64,000 bases of DNA from contig OX597829.1 in assembly GCA_951406725.2 (NCBI GenBank), positions 45,694,001 to 45,758,000 of the forward strand, in the 5' to 3' direction. Below the pieces are notes generated by a model. That model saw only the letters and a list, made by a program, of their open reading frames with translations. It did no database searches and was not told the DNA's origin. A program made the translations under genes and the position numbers. This document shows positions 1 to 12,974 of the stretch, one piece after another; positions within the stretch are counted from its first letter, which is position 1, and each line of letters starts with the position of its first letter. This DNA is from Octopus vulgaris (Eukaryota).

Positions 1-87
1 TGAATCCATCCAGCGGTTCTTGAGATATCTTGTCCACGGATAAACAAACACAACTGCAAACAATACTTCCGCCTTTGCTAAGGTGGA

Positions 88-92
<5 letters not shown>
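1..92. mobile_element. End of a Helentron-like non-autonomous element (HINE/DINE-1-like)
   Basis: Same sequence as the ends of 7098-7455 and 12975-13352, with terminal stem-loop tacttccgcct..aggtggaggta. Confidence 0.65.
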
Positions 93-126
<34 letters not shown>

Positions 127-129
127 GAC

Positions 130-326
130 AATCCTTTTTAGTATAGGCACGGTTGCTAGTCAATTATACTGACCCCTGTGCTCATTGGTACTTATTTTAT
201 TAACCTTCAAAAAGGATAAAAGGCAAAATCAACTTTGGAAGAATTTGAACTCAGAACATGAAGCTGTAAGAAATACTGCGAAGCATTCTGTTTGGCATCC
301 TAACAACTCTTGCAACAAGCTGCCTT
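130..326 (-). mobile_element. tRNA-derived SINE family B (Nin/Deu-like central domain), degenerate
   Basis: Homologous to the cleaner copies at 47570-47802 and 52185-52410. Confidence 0.75.
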
Positions 327-484
327 AGTAATAATTATAAAGAAAATAATTATAATGATCATTTATATTATAAGCACAAGACAACTAACATTGGCTTGGC
401 GATGCCAAGCTGTCTTGCTTGGTCTGTGACATTCAGATGTTCTTTAACACTTAGCGTTGTGTAAGGAGCTTTCCTCAGACACTG

Positions 485-812
485 AAGAGGCCCCCTTCGG
501 TCATGACTGACCATGGGATTGCACCTAGAAAGTTACCCTCCGAGGCACAAGTCTGGGCAAGGTTGTTTGTGGAAGACCAGCAATTGCCCATGCATATCGG
601 CCTTCCCTCTAATGTTATCCAAGGGAAAGGCAAAGTGGCCAATACAGCTTGGTAACAGTGACATCGCAACTCATTTCTACAGCTGAGTTAACTGGAGCAA
701 CCTCAAATAAAGTGTCTTGCTCAAGAACACAACATGCAGCCCGGTCTGGAAATCGAACTTACAACCTCATGATCGTAAGCTTGACGCTCTAACCACTGAG
801 CCATGCTCCTTC
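485..812 (-). mobile_element. tRNA-derived SINE family D
   Basis: Minus strand gives A box TGGCTCAGTGG and B box GTTCGATTTCC. Other copies at 27812-28150, 40645-40950, 58420-58982 and 63911-64000. Confidence 0.8.
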
Positions 813-1521
813 ACTCTCAGACACTATTCCACAGACAATATTCCTCAGACACACCCTCAGACACTATTCTGCAGCAAATTTGGTGTATGAACAAAATACA
901 TACACTATATATGTGCAACCGATAATGTTTACATTAATAGAGCTGCTTTTAATTTGCAATTTACTTAAACCATATATATTTTATGTCTGCTTTTTTTTTT
1001 TACCTTTTTAAAATGTTTATCTTTAACCTACATATATTAATTAAGTGAGATTGTCTGTAATGAACCAACTCACCTTTGAATGTATTAAACGATTGTTTCT
1101 GACATTCATTCTTGCATAATATGTGACCAAATCAACCGATTGCGGATTAAGCATTTTGATAGTCAATACAAATCAATAAATAGTTAAATACATATGAAAT
1201 GCAATTTAGATCAAGCCATTGAAGGTAATATATCCATAATCATTTGACTTACTGGAAGCAGCAGTAGTAGTAGTAATAGTAGTAGTGGGTGTCATGTACT
1301 GTAACAGCATGTTGCTGCATCTGCCTTCCATTTGTTGGCAATTTCCTGCTATTCCTGGAAGATGATGCTTCTGCAGCACCCAGGTGGCAACCCCACAACC
1401 TATGGGTCTGTTTGGGTAGTTGTTGGTGGTGAGGATTTTATGAGGTTGGTTTGCAAACCCTACCTCGACTTCTTTTAGCCACCTTTTAGTCACAACACAC
1501 AGAGGAAACATTGGGTCCATT

Positions 1522-1752
1522 CTTATTTCTTTACTGCCCACAAGGGGCTACACACAGAGGGGACAAACAAGGACAGGCAAACGAATTAAGTCGATTATAT
1601 CGAACCCCAGTGTATAACTGGTACTTAGTTTATGAACCCTGAAAAAATGAAAGACAAAGTTGATCCCGGCGGAATTTGAACTCAGAACATAGCGGCAGAC
1701 GAAATACCACTAGGCATTTCACCCGGTGTGCTAACATTTTTGCCAGCTCGCC
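1522..1752 (-). mobile_element. SINE family B copy
   Basis: Matches the family. Further copies near 6348-6490, 6825-7040, 25765-25975, 30563-30797, 33620-33836, 39635-40030 (tandem dimer), 54335-54557 and 58605-58831. Confidence 0.8.
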
Positions 1753-2384
1753 ACATGTCAAGAATGGACATTGGGCCCGTTCTCGACATGCTGCCCCCCT
1801 CACACACAGCGCTAGATCAATGTGATATGAAGTGTTTTGCTCAAGAATGCAACACACCTCCTGGTCCAGGAATAGAACACACGATCCGACAATTACAAGT
1901 GCATCATGTCTGCATTAAACCTCACTTAAGCTTGCTCTACTAAATACATGATGCTGGTATGGTTGTGTGGAAAGAAGTTTGCTTTCCAAGCACATGATCC
2001 TGTATTCAGTCCCACTGTGTGACACCTTTGGCATGTATGTTCTACTCCAGCCTGGGTCTGACTAAAGCCTTGTGAATGAATTTGTTAGGTGGAAACTGAA
2101 AGAAACCTGTCATATCATGGTTTAACATCCCCTTTCCATGCTGACATAAGTTGTATGGTTTGACAGGAACTGGCCAGGCAGGAGCCTGCTCCAGACTTCT
2201 GTGTCTGTTTTGGCATGGTTTTTTTTACAGCTGGATACCCTTCGTAACACCCTCACCTTGTGGAATGGATTGAGAGTGCTTTTTTACCAGTACAGGTGTG
2301 CTCAGTTTTGACATGTTTTTTTACAGCTGGATGCCCTTCCAAATGCCAGCCACTTTAGAGTTTGGACAAGATTTTTTTATATGA

Positions 2385-2761
2385 GACCTATTGAGTTAAG
2401 TACATCAACATAAAAAAATCAATGGAAATTGTAGTTGTGATACCTGCGCTGGTGGCATGTAAAAAGCACCATCTGAACGTGGTTGATGCCAGCGCTGCCT
2501 TGACTGGCTCCATGCCGGAGGCACGTAAAAAGCACCAACCAATTGTGGCCGTTGCCAGCCTCCCCTGGTACCTGTGCCGGTGACACGTTAAAAGCACCCA
2601 CTATACTCATGGAGTGGTTGGTGTTAGGAAGGGCATCCAGCTGCAGAAACACTGCCAGATCAGACTGGAGCCTCGGTGCAGCCCCCTGGCTTCCCAGACC
2701 CCGGTCGAACCATCTAACCCATGCTCACATGGAAAACGGACATTAAACGATGATGATGATG
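2385..2761 (+). mobile_element. 5'-truncated RTE LINE 3' UTR copy (family C) with (GAT)n tail
   Basis: Same sequence as the 3' UTR of the RTE at 15714-17640. Other copies near 7495-7640, 7690-7846, 9405-10078, 21200-21465, 22110-22295, 34325-34705, 41958-42250, 50138-50235, 50991-51336, 51710-51905, 53751-54270, 59440-59645 and 61643-61990. Confidence 0.8.
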
Positions 2762-3597
2762 GTATATATGTATGTATGTGTGTGTGTGTAATATGTAGAT
2801 GGGGCTTCACCACTATTTGCTCTATGAATTGCAGTCTATATGGCAGTGGAATAAGAAGTTTTTGAGCAGCTGCTACCGATCATCATCATCATCATCATGG
2901 TTAACATTGATCTCCTCCTCCTTCTCAGCATCATCAACTGTTAGACATGTTTCATAAAGGATTTATGAATTTCACAATACAAAATTCCACCAGGTGAAGC
3001 AAGATTATCTTATGCTGATTCAAGCCTTGTTTCCTAGGTATTGAGTGGTCCTGAAATACTGGCAGACCTTGTCAACCCTCACTTCCATTATCTAGTTGTA
3101 GTCAGAAACACCCTCTGGTCTTTTCACAACTTTGGTCTTTTCATAACTGGACTATAAACAGTAGACGACAGTGGACACATCTTTTTTATTTTCCCGTTTT
3201 AGGGCCAAGACCTTTCCTCCTCTAAAGGCACTGTTTTCACCCCCACCTCTTTAGTTTTTCTTCTTCAGTGGTTTGAGCATTTCTTTTCTGTTTTGACATA
3301 CAGTACAATACAAATGAGTAAAATTCTAGGCAGGGATATCAGCTGGTTGTGAACTAGTATAAAATTTATTGATACTTGGACTATAGCCTTGTTGTAGCAA
3401 AGGTTTCACAAGTGTCATAACGTTCTGTAAGTATATTGGGAGGTCACTAAATTTGTCATCAAGTTTCATCCCTTTTTCTGACTGCTCAAACACACACTGG
3501 TTGAAATTTACACAACGTAAAATATTTTATTCCAAATCTCTGATGTTTATAAGAAGAAGAATATATTGAATTCACCCAAGCCTACCTTTATATAACA

Positions 3598-3847
3598 CTA
3601 GAAGTATCACTTGGCATTGCTCGGGTTTGTTTCGACCCTTTACAATTGGAATTTTTGAAAAGTAAAAATTTTGCATTATGTAGCTTGTTAGTCTCTTTAA
3701 GTGAACATTTTTCTTGTTGAAATACACCGAAAAATGCTGACACAGTAGTCAAAAATTCGTAAAAAATAGAGATTTTCATAGAAAAAAAGCACCTGTTTGA
3801 TATATATAATTTTTGGTGTTAACGTGGTCCAATTTGAATTTTTTCTT
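3598..3847 (-). mobile_element. Non-autonomous Helitron 3' part (subfamily 2)
   Basis: Reverse complement matches 33100-33338 and ends in ccgagcaatgcc...CTAG. Confidence 0.7.
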
Positions 3848-3865
3848 GTGGGCAATAAAGAAATA

Positions 3866-5192
3866 TGAAACAAGTAAAAGATAAGATATACTGGGATTGA
3901 TTTGCTTAACTAAAACCCTTCAAGGTGGTGCCCCAGCATGGCCACAGTCCAATGACTGAAACAAGTAAAAGATAAAAGATATACTGGGATTGATTTGTTC
4001 AAGTAAAACCCTTCAAGGTGGTGCCCCAGCATGGCCACAGTCCAATGACTGAAACAAGTAAAAGATAAAAGATATACTGGCATTGATTTGTTCAACAATC
4101 TCCCTTCAAGGTGGTGCCCCAGCATGGCCACAGTCCAATGACTGAAACAAGTAAAAGATAAAAGATATACTGGGATTGATTTGTTCAACTAAAATCCTTC
4201 AAGGTGGTGCCCCAGCATGGCCACAACCCAATGACTGAAGCAAGTAAAAGATAAAAGATATACTGGGATTGATTTGTTCAACTAAAACCCTTCAAGGTGG
4301 TGCCCCAGCATGGCCACAGTGCAATGACTGAAGCAAGTAAAAGATAAAAGATATACTGGGATTGATTTGTTCAACTAAAATCCTTCAAGGTGGTGCCCCA
4401 GCATGGCCACAACCCAATGACTGAAACAAGTAAAAGATAAAAGATATACTGGGATTGATTTGTTCAACTAAAACCCTTCAAGGTGGTGCCCCAGCATGGC
4501 CACAGTCCAATGACTGAAACCAAGTAAAAGATAAAAGATATACTGGGATTGATTTGTTCAACTAAAATCCTTCAAGGTGGTGCCCCAGCATGGCCACAGT
4601 CCAATGACTGAAACAAGTAAAAGATAAAAGATATACTGGGATTGATTTGTTCAACTAAAACCCTTCAAGGTGGTGCCCCAGCATGGCCACAGTCCAATGA
4701 CTGAAACAAGTAAAAGATAAAAGATATACTGGGATTGATTTGTTCAACTAAAACCCTTCAAGGTGGTTCCCCAGCATGGCCACAGTCCAATGACTGAAAC
4801 AAGTAAAAGATAAAAGATATACTGGGATTGATTTGTTCAACTAAAACCCTTCAAGGTGGTGCCCCAGCATGGCCACAGTGCAATGACTGAAGCAAGTAAA
4901 AGATAAAAGATATACTGGGATTGATTTGTTCAACTAAAACCCTTCAAGGTGGTGCCCCAGCATGGCCACATGGCAATGACTGAGACAAGTAAAAGATAAA
5001 AGATATACTGGGATTGATTTGTTCAACTAAAACCCTTCAAGGTGGTGCCCCAGCATGGCCACAGTCCAATGACTGAAACCAGTAAAAGATAAAAGATATA
5101 CTGGGATTGATTTGTTCAACTAAAACCCTTCAAGGTGGTGCCCCAGCATGGCCACAGTCCAATGACTGAAACAAGTAAAAGATAAAAGATAT
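3866..5192 (+). repeat. Tandem array of 14 x 93-bp units derived from a family A SINE 3' end
   Basis: Unit gaaacaagtaaaagataaaagatatactgggattgatttgttcaactaaaacccttcaaggtggtgccccagcatggccacagtccaatgact. The 31-aa periodicity is visible in ORF 3910..4188. No spacers. Confidence 0.95.
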
Positions 5193-5599
5193 CTCTAGAT
5201 AATCTAGGAAGGGATTAAATGTATATTGTGATGGATATTTCAGTCACCAATGGTTTATTACTTTGTATTGAGTTCAACTATTACTGCAAAATGCTTCAGA
5301 CAGAAAAATACCTCATGTGCTTAATTGTTACTAAGTAACAGTTGAGTAAATAATGAAATCTCAACAACCTGTATAACATAACTATTATATGTTAACCTCA
5401 AATTTTAACTGTGTAAAAAGCCTTTAAATCTTTCTGAATAATACACAAGATACTAAGTATCTAGTTCTCATACTGTCAAATAAGATTAAAAAAAAAAAAA
5501 ACTCTTTGTGATGAATGAGAAGAAAAATAATCAGCAGGATCTGCTGGAACAGGTATAAGTCACAGCTCACCTTGCAACCGAAACTCGGTGGAAGCCTGT

Positions 5600-6190
5600 T
5601 ATATGTGTGTGTTTGTATATGTGCATGTGTATGTATATGTATTTATGTCTATATGTGCATATGTATGCATGTCTATATGTGCATATGTATGTATGTCTAT
5701 ATGTGTATATGTATGTATATATGTATATGTACGTCTTTGCTACATTTGCGGCACCTGCCAGAGGGAGTGTTTGTCCAGGATAGGACTACACAGACACGGC
5801 AGATGTATTAGGACATGAAATGTAAAAGCCGGACTAGATTATTTTATGTGCAACTCCATTGTCTCCCGAGACAAAAGAGGATGCCAACAAATGTGTGTAT
5901 GTATGTATGTATATGTATGTATATATATGTATACATATGTATGTATATGTATTTATATGTATATATATATATATATATATATGCGTGTGTGTGTGTATAT
6001 GTGTGTACGTATATATGTATGTATATATGTATTTATGTATATGTGTGTGTATGTATATGTGTCTATATATGTATGTATGTATGTATATATGTATTTATGT
6101 ATATATATATATATGTGTATGTATATGTGTCTATATATGTGTGTATGTAAATGTGTCTATATATGTATGTATGTATATATGTATGTGTGA
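5600..6190. repeat. Compound TA/TG/TATG microsatellite enclosing a LINE 3' end
   Basis: Directly visible. Confidence 0.9.
5735..5890 (+). mobile_element. RTE-type LINE 3' end fragment
   Basis: Translates to CYICGTCQRECLSRIGLHRHGRC*, the CxxC...SRIGLxxH C-terminus typical of RTE ORF2. Followed by a short 3' UTR. Confidence 0.65.
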
Positions 6191-7097
6191 TTGTCGTGAA
6201 TGACAAATGAGGGTTCTGTAAAACAAAGCGTTAATCATATTCTATGGACACGAATGTGTCTCTTTAGACCTGCTGGAGCCTTGCAAACTTTTTGCCGAAT
6301 GGAACAAGTTGAGCACTCAGTTTTCTTACTCAACTAATAGTTATAATAATCCTTTCTACTATAGGCACAAGGCCTGAAGTTTTTGGGGAGGGGGCTAGTT
6401 GATTAGATCAACCCCAGTATGCAACTGGTGCTTAATTTATCAACCCCAAAAGGATAAAAGGCAAAGTTAACCTTGACAGAATTTGAAATGATGATCATTA
6501 TGATCAAGACGGACTCTTCCATTGAAGATGATGTACGAGTGTTCACTTTTTGCTCACTGACCTGCACAAGTGATTAGTTTATAGAGATTAAATGTATGCG
6601 CTGTAAATTAGCTCACCTCACGCCATCATATTGATGTTGTCTGAGCAGGTGTCGAAGTGATCACTGAGCAAAGTGAGATGGAGTATCTTGCTCAAGAACA
6701 CAATGCACTACCCAATCTAGGAATAGAAACCATGATTTTGAAACCATGAGTGCAATACTCTAATCACTAGGGCAACAACAGCAGCAGCAATAACAACAAC
6801 AACAATAATAATAATAATGATGTTAATCCTTTCTACTAGGCACAAGATCTGAAATTATTGGGAGGGGACCAGTCGATTACATCGACCCTAGTACTCCACT
6901 GGTACTTAATTTATCAACGCCGAAAGGATGAAAGGCAAGGTCGACCTCGGCAGAATTTGAACTCAGAATGTAGCAACAGATGAAATGCTGCTAAGCATTT
7001 TGCCTGGTATGCTAACAATTCTGCCAGCTTGCTGCCTTATAATAATAGTAATAATAATGATAATAATAGTAGTAGTAGTAGTAGTAGTAACAATAAC

Positions 7098-7455
7098 AAC
7101 AAGAGCACAAACATCCACCAAAACAATACCAACATCCTCTCAACGATTAGCCAGAAAGGATTTTTGAAATGGAAATATCTGGATTAAATTTGACTGCTAT
7201 CACAAACGAGAATATTAAAAGTGGACCTGACTGCTCTCAAAAATTAAGAAAAAAAAAAAGGAGGAAAAATAATCCAGAATCCTTGCCCAGCATCCGATCA
7301 ATCCCAAAACCTAATCAGTTTGTGCCAGTCATGAGGGCAAACATCACTGAAAGTTTCATCCGAATCCATCTAAAAGTTCTTGAAATATCTTGTCCATGAT
7401 CAAAGAAACAAACACAACTGCAAACAATACCTCTGCCTTCACTAAGGTGGAGGTA
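7098..7455. mobile_element. Helentron-like non-autonomous element
   Basis: Begins AACAAGAG, has an (ACAA) microsatellite and terminal palindrome tacctctgccttcactaaggtggaggta. No TSD. Three copies in the window. Confidence 0.65.
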
Positions 7456-7658
7456 ATAATCGAAATAATGGCACTTTACTTTTAAAAAGTTTTTCCTTGG
7501 TATTAGGAAGGGTATCCAGCCATAAAAACTATACCAAAATGGATACTGAAGCCTGGTGTAGTCTTCTGCCTAGCCAGTCCTCAGTCAAACCTTTCAACTC
7601 ATGCCAGCATGGAAGGTGGACATTAAACGATGATGATGATGATACACACACACACACA

Positions 7659-7695
<37 letters not shown>

Positions 7696-7844
7696 GTTTA
7701 ACGTCCGCTTTCCATGCTAGCATGGGTTGGACGATTTTGACTGAGGGCTGGTGAACCAGACTCCAATCTGATCTGGCAGAATTTCTACAGCTGGATGCTC
7801 TTCCTAACGCCAACCACTCCGAGAGTGTAGTGGGTGCTTTTTAC

Positions 7845-7891
<47 letters not shown>

Positions 7892-8599
7892 TGGTTGTTT
7901 TTATGTTCAGTTCTAATAAAACCAATTTTACATTAATCTGATGGGTTACTCTATATACTTTTGTAGAGTACAAATTTATTATTCTTATACAAGAATGTTA
8001 TTGACAGTGACTTCGAAGTTCCAGCCAGCTAAGCCATCATTAGTTTGTTAGCTAGATATGTATATGTGTGTGTCTTTGTGTTTTTCCATTCACTTTTAAC
8101 ATGCCCACGACCTATCTGTTTGGTAGAACTGACTGATAGAATAAATATCAATATTAAATTATAAGTTCTCGGGTCAGTTTATTTAACTAAGCTCTTCAGA
8201 GTGATACTCTAGTATGGCTGCAGTCCAATGAGTGAAACAAGTTAAAGGAAGATGTGAAATAAGATAAATTTGTTCTTTGTAAGGAGATATGAATTCTGAT
8301 ATTTTAGACTGGGGCTGTTTCAACATAATATATATGTGAATGGTCCATAAATGGCTGATGCTTGACGTATCAAGCCTGTTGGCTTAATTTAACTAGTTTG
8401 CCATATTGCTTCAAATGTTTAAGTTGCTACACACTGCTTGTTTAGCCTGATCAAACAGAATAACAAAGTAACATGGGCTTTTCCGGCACTGGCAGTGATG
8501 TAAAAGCACATCATGATGATATGTACATAGCACAGAGAGAGTCACAGAGAGAATTCTAGCAGCTGTCTTTTTTTTCACTTAATGATCATAAATTTAATC

Positions 8600-9014
8600 T
8601 TTTACTCTTTTACTCTTTTACTTGTTTCAGTCAGTTGACTGCGGCCATGCTGGAGCACCGCCTTTGGTCGAGCAACTCGACCCCGGGACTTATTCTTTGT
8701 AAGCCCAGTACTTATTCTATCGGTCTCTTTTGCCGAACCGCTAAGTGACGGGGACATAAACACACCAGCATCGGTTGTCAAGCAATGCTAGGGGGACAGG
8801 CACACAAACATACACGCACACACACACATACATATACATATACATATATATACGACGGGCTTCTTTCAGTTTCCATCTACCAAATCCACTCACAAGGCTT
8901 TGGTTGGCCCGAGGCTATAGTAGAAGACAATTGCCCAAGATGCCCACGCAGTGGGATTGAACCCAGAACCATGTGGTTGGTAAACAAGCTACTTACCACA
9001 CAGCCACTCCTGTG
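8600..9014 (-). mobile_element. tRNA-derived SINE family A with CORE-like segment and internal microsatellite
   Basis: Family has head ggagtggctgtgtggtaag...ggttcagtccc, CORE-like ggcaccttgggcaagtgtctt, an internal TA/TG tract and an (AAAAGAGT)n tail. Copies near 10565-10958, 18388-18693, 19832-20060, 20808-21203, 21468-21876, 23395-23768, 29255-29667, 30465-31080, 41486-41910, 45049-45428, 45795-46189, 49705-50030, 56185-56577, 61230-61641, 62670-62985 and 63048-63476. Confidence 0.85.
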
Positions 9015-10438
9015 CCTTAATGTTTTCATGTAAAAGATTCAACATGTAAAAGACAAAAAAATCATTGCACATGCAAATATACAAGCAATGAGGAATGAAA
9101 AAGAAACCTCTCCTCCACCAACAAAAAACAAAACAAAAGCCTAAAAAAAGGAAACGGTAAAAAAAAACCCCCCAAAATCCCAAAGTGTATAAATGATACT
9201 GTGAAACAAATCACCTTTGATTATGTGATGTGATTTCATTGTTTAATCACGTGACCATATAATCTTCATGGAAAGGAACATGGCTGTGAAGATACATCGG
9301 AATGTGTAATGGATATCGTGTTATCGTTTAGGAGTGGTCTGCTTCCCTGTCAATGATTGCTTGTCTGTCATTCTATCTCTTCCTCTCGTCATATATATAT
9401 GACATAGTACATCAACATCAAAATAAATATCAAATGGAAATAGTAGTTATAATACCTGTGCCAGTGGCATGTAAAAAGCACCATCCAAATGTAGCCAAAG
9501 CCAGTGCCGCCTTGACTGGCTTCAGTGCCGGTGGCGCATGACCTGCTGTGCTTGAGGAGACCTATTGAGTCAAGTACATCAACATCAAAATAAATATCAA
9601 ATGGAAATTGTAGTTGTGATACATGTGCCGGTGGAATGTAAAAAGCACCATCCAAACGTAGCCGAAGCCAGCACCGCCTTGACTGGCTTGACTGGCTTCT
9701 GTGCTTGTGGCACATAAAAAGCACCAACCGATCGTGACCGCTGGCAGCCTCCTCTGGCACCTGTGCTGGTGGCACATAAAAAGCACCATCCGAACATGGC
9801 TAATGCCAGCGCCGCCTTGACTGGCTTCTGTGCTTGTGGCACATAAAAAGCACCAACCGATCGTGACCGCTGCCAGCCTCTCCTGGCACCTGTGCTGGTG
9901 GCACGTAAAAAGCACCCACTACACTCTCAGAGTGGTTGGCATTAGGAAGGGCATCCAGCTGTGGAAACTCTGCCAGATCAGACTAGAGCCTGGTGCAGCC
10001 CACTGGCTTCCCAGAACCCGGTCGAACCGTCCAACCCGTGCTAGCACGGAAAACGGATGTTAAATGATGATGATGATATACATACATCGATAGGATCCTT
10101 TCAGTTTCCTTCTGCCAGATTCACTTATAAGGTTTTGGTCAGCTTGAAGCTATAGTAGAAGGTACTTGCTGAAGGTGCCATGCAGTGGAACTGAACCTGA
10201 AACCATGTGGTTAAGAGGTGAACTACCTCCATGTCATGTCAGCATGTGCAAATGTAAAACTAAGAAGAACCCCAAAAACCTCAAGAAAGTGTACCTGTAT
10301 GTAGAATAGAATGGAACAATGCACGAAACAGAAAACAGTGGTTAGTGTATACAAAAGAATAAGGGAAAGATGAACTATGTAGTATAAAGAGAAACTTTGG
10401 TTAAAAAAAAAATAGTGGTGGGGTGGAAGTTTGTTTAA

Positions 10439-11020
10439 CCCTTTAGCATTTATACCAGCTATATCAGGCCAAAACTGACCAGTTCCAGCCTCTTGCACCT
10501 ACCTTACAATGTTAGTCTAAAAATTATAGTCACGCAGTCAAAATTTCAATGCTATAAGGTAATACTCTCTTTACTCTTTTACTTGTTTCAGTCATTTGAC
10601 TGTGGCCATGCTGGAGCACCGCCTTTAGTCGAGCAAATCGACCCCAGGACTTATTCTTTGTAAGCCTAGTACTTATTCTATCGGTCTCTTTTGCCGAAAC
10701 GCTAAGTTACGGGGATGTAAACACACCAGTTGTCAAGCGATGTTGGGGGTGAGGTGGGGGGCAAACACAGACACACAAACACACACATGCATACATATAC
10801 ACATATACGACGGGCTTCTTTCAGTTTCCATCTACCAAATCCACTAACAAGGCTTTGGTTGGCCAGAGGCACTTGCCCAAGGTGCCACGCAGTGGGACTG
10901 AACCCGGAACCATGTGGTTGGTTAGTAAGCAAGCTACTTATCACACAGCCACTCCTATTCAAAACAATGTGGTGGTTAAATAGCCATTACTTTTGCTAGA
11001 ATAATTTGATTACTAAAGGG
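10439..11020. mobile_element. piggyBac-like MITE interrupted by a family A SINE
   Basis: TTAA|CCCTTTAG...CTAAAGGG|TTAA. Related copies at 59257-59679 and about 55600-56600. Confidence 0.65.
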
Positions 11021-12974
11021 TTAAAGAAAGGGAACTGTTCTGTAAGAAAAAAAAAAGGTAAAAAGAATGAATCTGCAAAAAAAAACCAAAACAAAATAAA
11101 AGCTGTAAATTAGACAGAGCAGAAACCCAGTGTGTTAATTGTAATTGTGCATAATTAGAAAACGAGTCTTGCAGAAGAATGATACTTTTTTACAAAATAA
11201 TTGACTGCTTCAATTATCCTATTGTTCTATTATTCATTGCTGATGACATTATTTTTTTTTGTTTTTTTTTTTGTTTTTCTAAATAGTTGAGTTAACCGCA
11301 AAAAAACTACAAATTTTACATGCCTTACTCAGCACTCTAAAGTTTTTTTTATTGTGTGTTTTTTTTGTATTTTTTTTTTTTTACTTATATGTGCATTCAC
11401 CTGCTTCTTTGACCTTTGTTTCTTTGTCATTTTATCAGTGTCTGTCTGTCTGCCTGTCGTTGTTGTTGTTGTTTTTTTTATATGTGTGTTTACTTTTATT
11501 TCGTCTTGTATTTTTGTTTATTATATCTTTGCATTGTTTCAATGGTCATTGGGTTTGGTTCCTTCTTCCTATTGTCTTTCTTGTATTTGCTGTTTGGTTT
11601 TGGCCATATGTAGAAATCTCTCTCACTCTTGATCCCTCTTCTAAGATTTCTCCTCTCTCCCTCACACTCACTTTATACACACATATATTCAAATATACAT
11701 GTATAGGTAACATACAGTTCTGTAGTGAGTGTCATGACCTGTCACTTGATCTTACAGATTTTCTGAAAATGCAATGTGGTTGTGTGTATTTGTGTGTGTG
11801 TGTGGAGGCTTTGATGAGTGGTTAAAAAGTTCACTTTGCAATCATATAGTCTTGATTTCAATCACACTTGATGACAGCTTTGCTTAATGTCTATCACTAT
11901 AGACTAGTATCAACCCAGACCATGGAATTGACATTGAAAGGATAGAAAATATAGAAGCCCATCATTTGAGCTGTAACAGGAATTTGAGCATCCATCCTTA
12001 TCACACTGTGTGTGTCATGGATTTTACTTGAAAATTACACTAAAATTTACATATTGTGGTTAAACCACAGGCCTGTCTCTGGATAACCTTTGACCGTTTA
12101 CTTGTTTCATCATTGGATTATGGCCATGTTGGAGCACTGCCAATGGGCTTCTTTCAGTTTCCATCTACCAGATCCACTCACAAGGCTTTGGTCTGCTCAA
12201 GGTGCCATGCACTGGGGCTGAAGCTGAAACCATGTGGTTGGGAAGCAAGCTTCTTATCACTCAGGTACTCAACAAAAATAATTATGTTTGGTCATTACTG
12301 GATCGTGAAGACTGTTTTTTTCGTCTATAACAGAGAAAGAGAAAGAGAGAGAGAGAGAGAGTAGCTTACAACAATTTATGAAAACCAAAGCAAGCACTAA
12401 TTTTACTCATTTGCATATATCAGTACATTCACTGGAAATGAGTGTTAATTTACGGAACTGAAACACTCCTGATGAAAACGTATTTATTTACAACATATTC
12501 ATTAACACATTGCTGTGTTGCCAATTAAGAGGAATCTGATGAATGCATTGATATGCAAATGAGTAAAAGCAGTCACTGTTATTCATCACATTTTTCATAA
12601 GAAGTTATATATTTCTTTCTCTCTCTCTCTCTCTCTGACCGTCTTTCTCTCTCTTTCTTTTTCTTTAAAACACAATGTTAAACAAGCTATTGGTCAAGTA
12701 TTGTTCTTTCTGTTTTTCTCTACAAAAGATCCATTTTCATTTTCTTCTCTGGACATAACTGCATAAAACTGACCACGAGAGAAGTATTCATTGTTTCAAA
12801 CTCTGAAAGCATTTTGCATTGAGCTTTGTTAGTGTGGAAACCAAAATATGGTTTGACAGGAAATTGATGCATTTGCATTTGGAAAAGCAATGCTCGATCA
12901 CTTGGTGGCTTGTACATTGTTGGGATAAATAAATCTTTTCTTTTATGGGCACCCAAAGCAGTAAAAGCACAAAT

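Noticed and set aside
3866-5192. CRISPR-like array
   Set aside because: Units are contiguous with no unique spacers, derive from a SINE end, there are no cas genes, and the context is eukaryotic.
5515-6203. Overlapping Y/I/C/V/M-rich ORFs (also 26280-27083, 55148-55602, 63431-63752)
   Set aside because: TA/TG microsatellite artefacts.
9276-9345. Possible upstream exon of the gene (…GCEDTSECVM…)
   Set aside because: No polypyrimidine acceptor or strong donor, and no verifiable homology.
11352-11825. 157-aa hydrophobic membrane-protein-like ORF
   Set aside because: T-rich low-complexity DNA, open in three frames.
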